The translations under genes were made by a program, and so were the position numbers. A stretch of 60,057 nucleotides of DNA, counting the filler, from Hausera hauseri (lineage: Eukaryota), in NCBI GenBank assembly GCA_046269625.1. It is 11 parts of 11 records of this genome, joined end to end, with 100 filler letters (N's around TTAATTAATTAA, not from the genome) between each part and the next. Parts side by side here need not be neighbours in the genome. Positions count along the whole stretch, not along the records: positions 8,251 to 14,300 come from JBJURY010147868.1; positions 14,401 to 18,812 come from JBJURY010594334.1; positions 18,913 to 23,208 come from JBJURY010650441.1; positions 23,309 to 29,332 come from JBJURY010151644.1; 7 more parts are not named here. One strand, given 5' to 3'. The notes below the pieces were generated by a model. That model worked only from the letters and a program-made list of their open reading frames with translations, searched no databases and was not told where the DNA came from. Shown piece after piece: positions 12,415 to 24,200 of this stretch; the first letter of the stretch is position 1, and every line of letters starts with the position of its first letter.

Positions 12415-14769
12415 CCAAATGTCGAACTCAATGAAGATCTTTTTTCCGTTGTCTTGGAAAAAGATTTTTTCTCAACTCTTAAATTTCTCAAAATACGAAA
12501 AGTAGCAAATGTAAAACATGTTATTTTTGTGCAATTATATCAATTGGCTGGTACTCGACTACTGGCGTTGAAAATTAAAGTTGGCTAGCTACTGCCGGTT
12601 GTAGAGAGCACCTTATTAAAGTTTTGGAAAATAATTCCAAAATGCAGAATACTGAATCAGTCTGCAGTATACAAACCTAAATATTAATCTCAGTATTCAT
12701 GTTTGGGATATTTGAAGGTAATACTGATCTTGTTACAGGCATTAAGTGGTAAAATGATGGGAAATCAAACAAGTTGTTTCGCCTATTATTTATCATATTG
12801 CACTTAGTAATACGAGAAATACCAAACCAAAAAATAGTTTCATTTGAAGGTCGCAGATTTATGAATGTTTTTATCTGTTTGAAAAAGAAAATGGACAGAT
12901 TGAATTTAGTTTTCTAACGGGTTCTTACAATGGCAATATTTCGGCAATTGGAAATGAAAATAAAGAAAAATCTATGGATTTCGGGCCTGTTGTATTAGAT
13001 AGTCAATATTTAAATACGCAGGCAGTGGATTTGCTGAAGGTCGATTGAAGGTTCAATGGAATTACTTCATCCATCTGTTCCAATCAAATTGTATGACTCA
13101 AATGACATTTATGGAACATTCATTATCATTGTTGTTTCACGATTACCGAGTCCACAAAAATCTTTCAATTCGATAGACTTCAAAACCGATTCGACAACCG
13201 CTAATCTGGTACGGTTGTCATTTTCCAAACAAATTATAATCAAATCCAATACACGGAAACCGAATATTACCCCCACAGTTGAACAGTATTCGAATACCAG
13301 TATCGAATTTTATGGTTCAGACAATTAAATTATCAAAAAAATCTTCAATAAATATTTAAATTCCAGCGATACAAAATAAATGACGTTGATGATCAGCTAT
13401 AAGGAATTTTAAACCCCATTTAATAATTATTCATTCATTAATAACTATTACCTTAGAAACATTTTTATCAATGACACACAATACGGATTGAGTAATGCTC
13501 CATTTCCTGAATTCATTGAATCCGGATGACATTGGTTTTCCTGTTTTTGTTTCCAGAAACCGCAAAACAAACAACCGAAAATTGAATCACTCAGTCATAC
13601 AATATATTTCTACCGAAATACTCCAACACCACTCTATTCGGAGAATTTCATGTTCTGTCAATTCACCAACCATGAATCAATGGAATCGTTAAATTTTGTT
13701 CAACTAACAAATTTTGAACAAATATTTTGTTTTATCTGTAAAAAAGGCCAAGGTGATTATAAACAAGCGCAGGGTTTGTCCTTTGGTCGATTCACTCCAC
13801 CTTGACACGAAAAATTATAACTTTTTAATGATCATTGTTTAAATAAATTAAAAAATTACTTTTGGTCAGACATTGTAATTTAAGTCTGATTTTTAGACAT
13901 TGATTTAACATAGTATAAAACATTATCTGCTATTCCACGTTTAATCAGGAATAAACATTGGCGATGGATTTACTTTTTAATTACGAACTCAAATTTATTT
14001 GAAGTCCAGACGACAATTCTTATGGTGCCGATTGATCCGACCGACTACGGTCGAACTAGTTACAGTAGAGGGAAAATGGGGAGTCTGTCCCACCCCAGGT
14101 GGTGTGTGCGTCGATAAATCGATAGGGAACAAGTGCTAATCGATAGTGCACTATCGATCGGTAGTGTGCTAAGCGATGGTGCCGCTAGGCACCGTTGCTA
14201 AGCACATTTTTGCACATTTCACAAATCGATTGCTGCACAGTGCACAATTGATCGAATCGATCGGGACGAAGTGCTAATCCATAGTGCACAGTGTAGGTGT
14301 NNNNNNNNNNNNNNNNNNNNNNNNNNNNNNNNNNNNNNNNNNNNTTAATTAATTAANNNNNNNNNNNNNNNNNNNNNNNNNNNNNNNNNNNNNNNNNNNN
14401 ATCTGTAAAAAGATTGAGGGTTTCAGTATTTTCCATTGTTCAGTACTCATATGTGATATAGAATACAAGGTTACATATTTAGAGGAGCAAAATTCAGAAA
14501 TTTAATTTATACGTATTTTAGTACTATATATAGTTTAATATTTTTTACGAACAACCCATTTTTGTTTCATAATCGTTGGCCGATACTGTATAGTATGACA
14601 ATTTTGTGTGCTAAATTAAAATATGCAAATTAGGTTTTCTCTTGCTGTTTTGTATTATTTTAAATTTAAATTAAATCAAATTTAAACTGACAAATAAAGC
14701 TCCAATTTTAAATGGTCGTTATATTGTTATTTTAGATCGATATTTTTGTTTTATTTTTATGATATCCAT

Positions 14770-15086
14770 GAAGGAACACCTATATTTTCTGATTGAAACT
14801 TTACGCAGTGTCCAGATGATTTCTTAATTTTACGATGTATTCAAACAATTTGTAAGGAGTTCAAGGAAAATTAGAGAAATTCTTTTGAAAGACCTGAAGG
14901 TAGTGGTAGACCACAGAGCGATTTAAGACAGGAAATAATTGAATTGTTAAAACGGTTGTTTAAAGAAGACAATATTCCCATTGTTCAAACGATTACTGAG
15001 AATGTGCAGATATTACATACTATTGCTCAAAGGATTATTGAAGAAGACTTGGAAAGAAAATGGATTCACAAAATTTGGTGCCTCAC
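14770..15086 (+). pseudogene. mariner-like transposase N-terminal remnant
   Basis: IQTICKEFKEN*RNSFERPEGSGRPQS...IAQRIIEEDLERKWIHKIW, then a WVPH-like motif; interrupted at 15087. Confidence 0.65.
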
Positions 15087-15839
15087 TATGGTGCCCACGT
15101 GTATTTCGACCCCTTAGCCCATTTTGGCCGGGTACAGCCGGGTTGGCGTTTTTGTCTAGAGTGTTTCTTTAGTCGGGGCTGACTACTCGCTTTCGGGAGA
15201 TCTTGCTGCTGGTCGGCCTTGCGAAAATACTGTTTGTGATTGCAATGAACGATTCACTGTCATAAATGAGATGTTGGAAAAAATCGATATGGATTCTCAA
15301 CCTGTACAAACAATCAGATTCACTCGAATTTTATTAATCATAATGTTTATGTAACACTTTAACGACTAACTCAAATACACGTTAATGCCAGATGTGCAAA
15401 TGAAATAGTCGGAGTAATTCCGAGACATCGGATACAAATGATTGTCGAAAGAATGTCATTAAACATCAATAAATAGTTTAAACAATCCTAAAAAAGTCCA
15501 ATTCCTTTGAATATGCCAAAAGAACCATTAAAGCAATATTCACTGACGTATGCATTTAAGCGAAAAGTGCCTTCTCAGGCTCAACAAAACTCTTTCTGCA
15601 TACTGTTTATATTACTGTTGCAATTGTTTTTCGAACAGTGGTTTAATGTATTACAACCACTGATTATAGAATCAGTCAAAACATCCGATCCTGGATTTAA
15701 ATGATTTATAGATTCACAGCGAGTTATTAAATCTCTTAGAAACAACAAAGACCTGAACATAAAAGATAACGACGGAATACTCCAATCCACCAGGCGGTGA
15801 TTAAAAGACAAGACTACGTTATTACTTACCTTCATTTTA

Positions 15840-17760
15840 AATGGAAGCCAATATTGAAGAAGTTAAATTGCTGCAAACCACAATTTTACTAATAACCACA
15901 AACGACATTGTTAAAAGTCAAAATTTAACATGAGCTTTTGGTCTTTTCTTTCGGTTACATGATTCAAAAAACTCATCTACTGTAAACATTTCTAAATCTG
16001 CTTAGCGTCAGCGTATCATAGATCGAATGATTCAAAAAAATATTTCTAAAAATTCACATCGTAAAAACCAGTAAAGATGAAAATCGGTTCGATTACGATA
16101 TTTTGTACCCAAATCCAAAGCAGCAACCAACAAGTTTGAAAGACACATCTCGAGATGTTTTTATGCTATTTCAGGACCTCTGTCTGTTCATCAATAAGGA
16201 TAAAACTGTATGGCTAGAAGGTTTGAATGTTGTAATGCTAACTCTGGGATTGGAATTATTAGAATTGATACTTATCGATTATACACAAATATTCACACAA
16301 CTAAAAGATTATATTTTTGTTGAAAGAAAAGGTCTGTCTGTTGATAATAAAACTATTTTCTCCTAGTTTACAATTCAAGCTAATCCGTTTCTCACAAAAA
16401 ACCAAATATTCCCCTGATCGAACGACTAATTCGTCTTATAACTGTGATTATTAGAAATTACTTTTATTTATTGAATATTGAATGTGAAATATTCATCTCT
16501 TTATTGATCCGATTTTTTGACAATAAAAAGCCCATCTGACGAAGAATTTTAGCATTGAAAGTTTTATACAAACGCGTTTCAAAGCCATATCTCACAAAAC
16601 ATATTTGTGTTGTAAAGACGTCCAATATTGCGAAGGCGTCCAAAAATTGTAAATACTATTATAAGCAGCATATTGTAAATATTTATTATTTTCCATTATT
16701 GTACCAACTTAGGAATTTGTACAAATATAAAGAAGGAATTTAGTAATAATTTGGTGTATTTTTTAGAATTATTGGAAAAAGCGTTGAATTTATATTTAAT
16801 TTTCAAATCGGATAATACTGAAAAATTTAGTTAAAACTGTTCATAATTCCAAGAATATTAATTAAATCAGTCACGTACACAGTTGCAGTAGTATATAAAC
16901 GTGTGGCAGATACGAAAGTTTTGAGTCTGTGAGAGTTGTGAAAAGTTTATTGAATTTTATTTGGAGTCTATTTGAAGCAAGCTTTCTTAGAGAAGTGAGA
17001 AATGAATCGATTTTTGGGAGAATTGCCGAGAAATTCTCAAACATTCAAAGTTATTTTTGTGGATTGATTCTGAACCAGTTGATTTGATTAAGATACCAGA
17101 GGTGTATACAGAAGAAGACGTAACTGTTGAAATTGTTGTAAAATATATCTGTTATTCTAAAATTCTTATATAGGTTTTCATTCCCCCTTAAGGATGATTT
17201 GACTACAGTAAGGTCTGAAATTCTACTGTAAAATCTCATAGTTAAGACAAAAATTTTGCTGAACATTTTTGCACAGGACCGCAAGCGAGTACCAGCACTA
17301 TTGATTAAACTATTTGTTATAAGGCATGATCTGTCTATTCGATAACGGCAGACCTTACCTGTATTAAGGTACTCAAATTTCAAATGTAACTATTATTATA
17401 TAGTGGGAGTTGTATAATGGCCATCCCAATATAACATTTGTGAAAATTATGACGAAAGAACATTCAACGAACATTTTTAAGATGGTTAATTCCTTCAGCA
17501 TTTTTGTTTAATATTGTTTTTTAAACTCGCCAATAAATCAGTCTACAATTCATGTTGCCAAAGATCACACTACGAGCAATATTCCAAATGCAACAAATGT
17601 CCAACCATGTTTTAAATACAAAGTAAATTGCGTACCTATGTATATAAATTTAAAAATATTGTTTTACATGTTAGACAAACTGAACCACCCAATCCTCAGG
17701 ATGGATATTCACAATCTTTTGCTTTTTCAATCTCATTGAAATCATTAAATCCGTTCAAGC
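15840..17760 (+). pseudogene. MON2: MON2 N-terminal region fragment, split by a solo LTR
   Basis: EEVKLLQTTILLITTNDIV..FRLH, DVFMLFQDLCLFINKDKTVWLEGL..TLGLELLE, LKEKVCLLIIKLFSP, ECEIFISLLIRF and LDKTEPPNPQDGY match MON2; multiple stops and frameshifts. Confidence 0.88.
16608..17436 (+). mobile_element. Solo LTR (829 bp) with 4-bp TSD TTTG
   Basis: TGTTGTA...TATAACA, TTTG on both sides, internal TATATAAA (~16892). Excision restores MON2 ...KHICENYD. Confidence 0.85.
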
Positions 17761-19107
17761 TACAGTAGAAAGTCATGATGGAAACTTAAAAATAATTCGT
17801 ATCGATGGAAATGAATAAAATTGCTGCCGGCGTTTGGCATTTAATTGCCGAGATTGCCCCACTTTTAACAATTGTTTTAATATTCGAAAAGGTAGCACCA
17901 ATACAATTAAAAAAACAGTTACTTACATTTTCTGAAATCGATCGATTAAATTTGTAAACATCTTTTTCGTGATCGTTTGAATTACACATTTTGCTGCTGT
18001 ATATCTTCATTCAAAAATTACATTTATTCAACTTCCCTTATTTATTTTGTTAGTTTGGCCTATATTTATTTGCAGATGAAGCACCGTTCAGATAAAGTCA
18101 TTAACATAAAATCACCGTCAATTTATTGTGCAGAAATATTGTGGATATCGAAATCTTTTAAACAGAGTAGATGTCGGTGCCCTAAAATGTCCAGAGTTTA
18201 TTTTTGATGCTAGTTAGGTTTTATATAGGGGAACAGGCAATTCGAACTGCAAATTGTTAAAATGACACTCACTGAGGGATTTTTGTGACTGCGGTGTATT
18301 TGTTATCTGGACTGGTTTTATTGAACTGAATCACTGACAATGCTTTTGAACAAACACGAACGTTTCATGCAGTGCTTTGAAAGCTGCATATCCGCCTTTT
18401 TGATAAGTTGACTCTGAATAGGACGACAGTCTGAAATAATTTAAAATCAGATTTAATAAAATGAACATAAATCCTTCAATAATTTACAATAAAATTACAA
18501 TTACTGTAAATGTAAATCACGGAAAAATGAACATATTTTTATCATTTCGAAAAATGTGCACAATATTGATCAGCACTGAAATATGAAAAATAAACAAAGT
18601 TAAATTAAAAATCAATCAATCAGAAATAAACAGTTCTTACCAGAAATGAAAAACAAATAAATCGATCTGAGTTCCTAATAATGTAATAATGACTTAAAAC
18701 AAAAGAACTTACCATTATGTGATTGACTGTTCTTTTCTTGAAATGGAAAATAAATTTAACTTTCCATTATTCTGTTTATCCTTCCTATTTTTTTGTTGAT
18801 ATTGTATAATGGNNNNNNNNNNNNNNNNNNNNNNNNNNNNNNNNNNNNNNNNNNNNTTAATTAATTAANNNNNNNNNNNNNNNNNNNNNNNNNNNNNNNN
18901 NNNNNNNNNNNNATACAATAATAATATTTACTTTTTACTTGTCTGTAAACGAATGTTTGCATAAGGCCGAAACTCTCGGCTAAAACAATATTTGATTTTC
19001 GTTTGTACTAAGTACAAACTAAAGTAAATATTATTCTATCCGAGAGTTACGCTCTTATCAAAACAACACTCATATGCAGACAAGTAAAATAAATATTATT
19101 TTAAGTC

Positions 19108-19310
19108 AGAGAGAGAGACTAAATGATATATATAAGAGAGAATAAAAGGTATATAAAATATGTCTAGACTATGTCACGTGGCTGTCCGTTTGTATTACGT
19201 GATCAATCATGTGACGCACGTGACGCGTGGGTGGATCGCGTAACTGTCGTGTGATTGGTCACGTGATGCGTGGACGGACCCCATTGGTCTAGAACTCTCT
19301 TTTTTCCCCT
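19108..19310 (+). repeat. Probable Polinton/Maverick terminal repeat
   Basis: Starts AGAGAGAGAG and is rich in CACGTG/TGACG and ATTGG boxes, just upstream of pPolB. The opposite end is not in this contig. Confidence 0.5.
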
Positions 19311-19431
19311 ACTTATATGTATATACCTGAGTAAAAGAAATATGTTAGTGTGTATCAATTTATTATATAATTGTATTTAATGTTAACATTTACTTTAATT
19401 TATTTAAATTTAGAAATGTAATCAATATGTC

Positions 19432-22400
19432 ATGTATTGCGTCTCTTGCATGCATGAGGGGGCAGAACAGTGTCATAAACAGATGGCGAAATATTACAGT
19501 GTTAGAATGGTCACATATCTGCGTACGACGTGTAATATTTCAGCCCAATATCCGTACCTTAATTTTATGACATGCACAAGCATCATCTCGTACCTTTTAC
19601 ACGATCGAAGAAGATGATGCTAGTGCATTGTCCCATGTGTCCACGGTACTATACAAGTACAATGCGTAACGTTGATGGCTGCCATAGTGCAATGGAGCAA
19701 TACTATGGCGCCGCAACTGTGCACGGTAAACGAGCCTATGTATGTCTCGTTTGTTCTATAGTTGAAGAAATCAACTATGAACAATTTTATAATGAGCACA
19801 AGGACCACTTTAACGAGTTTCAGAGGTCCCGAAAGGAAATATTAATGGATGCAGAAAAAAGCAGTATTCTGTCCTCTAGCAGGAAACGACAAGCATCAAC
19901 AAGTCTTGATGAATACCTGCAAAGCAGCAATGTAGAGCAGCAGCAGCAGGAACCGCCCATTACTGTCAAGTACGATCTAAAGAGATCGCATGTGGACATA
20001 AAAGTGAACACGTCAGAGAAATCAGCAACTCAACTGAGACATGTACCCGCTCATGTGCGCAACCGATTAAAAACCGAAGTGGAGAAATTCAAACAAAACA
20101 ACTGCAAATTGCAATATTGTGGACTTGCAGAATTTGAGAATCTGCAGTGTGACAGTAAATAATGGTACCTGTCACATCGAGCGGTTCCATATTCCAAAGA
20201 TTTCATTGCCGAAATGGGCGAAAGGCTGGACGAAAAAATCGCCAACTACAACCAAAAAGGCACTGGTTGGCGAATAATAAAAATTGTCATTCTCGGTTTT
20301 ATTATAACAAAGTCGAGTGACATAATTTACCTGTCCAAACATTCATTCATACCGACACCTGAAGCTCTAAACCAATCTTATGCGGTAGTGGATGTAAAAA
20401 ACACGTACGATGGTTACTGTTTTATTTACAGTATTCTGGCGGTATTAAAATATGACAAAGTGGACAGACATAGTGCATATCGTCCAGGTCAGTATCGGCA
20501 GTATTTCTGCGAATTGCAATTCGACAAAAACTTGATGCCGATGAAACTAAAAGCCATTCCAACATTTGAACGGCGTAATCCGACACTGACAATCAACGTG
20601 TTCCGGTACGATGCAATAGTTGAAATACCGGTAGACGAAGAAATTTACAAGAATCCACATGTGGATATAATCTATCGAAGTCGGAACCCGAATGGACGCA
20701 TAGTAAATTTGTTATTGTTGGAGCAGGCAGAAAAATTTTATTACGTGTCCATAACAAATTTGGACAGACTGTTGAACATGGACCACCATCAGTTCATCAA
20801 AAAGCGTATACGTTGTAAATGGTGTCCTGTATGTCTGCATGGCTTTAGATCAGAAACCACTTGGGAAAAACATATGACGCTGTGCAGACAGAACGCATCA
20901 GGAACAACAATGTACGTCATACCAGTCAAAAAGGAGCTGCAATTTATTGACTGGTCTAAAACGGTCATTCCAGCATATGTGGTGTATGCTGATATTGAGG
21001 CAATCCTACCACGATCAAAAACATTTTTCTTTCGCCGTCGGAATGTTGGCTGTTCCAATAAAAGCTGCAAGTCAACCGCAATATTACAGGTTTCATGGCT
21101 GATTTCTTGCATCATTTGGAAACAATAGTTGAATCGGAAATCGCACCGTGGTATCATAATAACAGCACAAAACCCCTGATTTGAACAGATGAAGAAGAAC
21201 GCCTGACGTTTTCAGTCACAGAGGAATGTTATCTGTGCCACAAAATATTACTCTTTGATGTACTGGAACGGCTCGTACCGGATCATGATCATTTTACCGG
21301 TCGATTCTTAGGAGCAGCATGCAATTCATGCAAATTGGCAAGGTGTGTGCGGCCATTCCTACCGGTGATCTTTCATAAATTCCGAGGTTATGATTGTCAC
21401 CATATACTGAAATGGGCCGTCAACACATTTAAGTACTGGGAACTGTCCATAATCCCAACAACAATGGAGAAGTACATGTTCATGTTTGCTTGTATTAACT
21501 GGTTCCAGGTACTCTTCATTTATTCATTGCAATTTTTCAATGAATCACCGACAAAGCTGGGAAATGTTTGACCGGATGTGCCGATAACCTCAACACACTT
21601 CCCCACACATATTGCACGCAGCAAAGGCATATTTCCATATTACTTGGCTACATCATATGAGCGAGGAATTACCACCGCGATGGACAGGTATCGCGTAGGA
21701 TGAATACCGGAAGGCACAGAGGTGTTGGATAGAACTCGGCTGTAGAAACATGTTGGATTACATGCTCCAGTATTTTAAACTGAACGTGTACCTGTTAGCC
21801 GATGTGTGCCAGGCGTTTCGAACGAAAGCGTTGGTTGAAGATAGGCCTTGGCCACTCAACTTTTATTCCATTCCGGGAATGAGTTGGACATCAGTTCTAA
21901 TGTCACTGAATTGAGAAATTGAGCTGCTGCAAGACCCGGAAATGTTCCAGCTGTTTGATGTTGGTATTCACGGTCGTATGACTTTTGCCAACACGCATCA
22001 GGTCAGTGCTACCGTCGATGCCACATCACTGCCGTATAGTGATATTAATTACCTGTACGGCTGGGCCATTTCGCAATCCCTGCCGTAGTTCATTCGAATG
22101 GGTAGTCGACAGACAAGATTTGGACGACATAATGGTCAACTTATCACGAGAAGACATAGCAGGCTCACTCGTATACCTGATAGAGGTCGATCTCGTGGTA
22201 CCAGATGAGGTGCATAACGTTTTGGATGATTTACCGGTCGCACCATTTAATCAATGTTTACCAGGCTCAAAAGTAAAGAAACCTTTCATGACGCATGAAA
22301 CGAAGCTGAATTACGTGGTCCATTGGCGTCTACTACAGTTCTACATGAAGCTCTGTGTACGCGTCACACAACTGTATAGCGAAATCAAATTCAATCAGGC

Positions 22401-23208
22401 GCCGATATTCAAGGCATACATTGAGGGAAATTCAGGAAAACGAGCCGCATCTTGTACAAAGTTCGAAAATGACTATTACATGCTCAAAAACAATTCATTG
22501 TAGGGGAAAACAGCGGAGAATCTGAAGAATCGGCTCAAATTGAGCCTGTAAAACAACGAAAAACGACTGCTTACGTACACCAACAAGGCTCAGTTCAGGC
22601 AATCAATGCATATTGCCGATGGATTGATCGCCATGCTTCTAATCAGAGAAGTCGTACTAGACCGACCAAGCTATATCGGACAAGTGGTACTTGACCTGAG
22701 CAAGTTGCGAATGTACGAGCTCCAGTATCGCGACTTGGCACATTACCGGCAAATGTTTGGCGGCTGTGAGATCAGTATCCTTGCCGGTAACACAGACAGC
22801 TTTTTTGAGCTGAAAAACATTCATTAAGACCAGATGCTCCGGTAAATGATGACAGATAGACTGCAGGACACGTCCAACTACCTACAGAACCATCTTCTGT
22901 ACAGCAGCGCGATGACAAACAAAATCGTCTGCTTCAAGGACGAAGGTGAAGGCCGGATTCAATACAGGAAATGGATATTTCTGGGCCCAAAGTGCTGCAG
23001 TCTTCTGACGGACTGTTGGTTGAAAATGCGGGCAAAAGGCATCTAGCTAAAACGGATGGGAATAAATCACGGTAATTATGGACAAGAAGATGGAAAGACT
23101 GTTGTATCTCAAACGACCATACGATAGATGGAGCACCAATTGTACACCTTCATAAATAAAAATTTGCTTTGTCATGCAACGATGACAAGCGAAAGTGTGG
23201 GGGACAAA
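19432..23208 (+). pseudogene. Protein-primed family B DNA polymerase of a Polinton/adintovirus-like element, degenerate
   Basis: GTGW, FIPTP..L..AVV.VKN..CF.YS, CxxC zinc motifs, DHDHFTG..GAAC (endoVII-like), IFH.FRGYD.H, KGIFPY, KNNSL*GKT.EN, GQVVLDLSKLRMY, GNTDS, KAKG-like RAKGI; many stops and frameshifts. Confidence 0.92.
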
Positions 23209-23308
23209 NNNNNNNNNNNNNNNNNNNNNNNNNNNNNNNNNNNNNNNNNNNNTTAATTAATTAANNNNNNNNNNNNNNNNNNNNNNNNNNNNNNNNNNNN
23301 NNNNNNNN

Positions 23309-24200
23309 GTACGCACAGGCGATGGTGAGCGGTTTCGTGACGTAGAATGGGTACGGGAAGCGGCAAAATCCCTCATCGGGGCAAAGACAATTCATTTAAT
23401 TTATCATTTATTGTGTTGATAGTTGCCTGCAATGCAATATTTTCAGCTCGTAGCTGATTTAGCTGCTGTTCTATGGGCGTGTTAGTTGTTTGTATGTCGT
23501 TGGCAGCAACTGCTGCTGAAAGTACGGGTTGCAAATTTATGTGGAGGACATCGTATGTCCTATCGGCCAATTCGGCCAATTTATCAAGTGGCGTGGAGTA
23601 TTCCATCACGGTAAGAAGGGCCCGGATTTGGATGGGTACGGCGTTCGTTAAATAATGGCGTAGAAGATCCGGGTTATGTTCCTTAGTGACGCCAAGAATG
23701 CGCAAGTGTGCTAGTGAAGTGCGTAAGACGTCGCTGGGTTTTTGGGTGCCCAGTGCATTTTCGTTAAAGAAACGCTTCATTATGGAGTCAATGGAAGGTT
23801 CAGTCTGCTTTAATACAGCGTTGTATAATTGGGTATATGGGTCAGGATGCTGGAAGATCTCTAACAAGTTATGTATTGATGCTTTTATTGAGCTGGGAAG
23901 GAGATAGAGTAAATTGCGGGCTTTAGATAAGGATTTTGTGATGCCAGTAGACTGTAGCCAGAGTTGATGGAAATGAAGCCACGTCTTACTGGACTTTTCG
24001 TTATCGATGAAGTATTCAGTGTAGTGAGAAGTGTTGGTAGGGTTTTTATGGGGATTTGCATCGATTGAAGAGAGTGGTGGGTTTGGTTTAGAGTAAGAGG
24101 ATGGGTATTGGTTTTTTTGTGGTAGTTGTATCCGCGGTGTCGATAGTTGGTGGGGAATTCATTCCACTACGGATACGGAGATGTATGTTGAAGCAAGTTC
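23309..24200 (-). mobile_element. Gypsy (CsRn1-like) gag
   Basis: PDPYTQLYNAVL...LGTQKPSDVL...LLRHYL..VPIQIRALL..LDKLAELADR; homologous to 50280-50750. Confidence 0.8.

Larger units (their letters stand above)
15087..18267 (+). mobile_element. Insertion TATGGTGCCCAC...ATGACA flanked by CTCAC repeats, carrying a MON2 fragment
   Basis: CTCAC at 15082-15086 and 18268-18272. The first ~60 nt resemble the 5' end of the 8932-11257 insertion. Length is 2348 bp without the nested solo LTR and its TSD. Confidence 0.6.

Noticed and set aside
12420-13700. Coding-like fragments downstream of the 3' LTR start as further captured cargo
   Set aside because: No homology could be assigned and no terminus or TSD was found.
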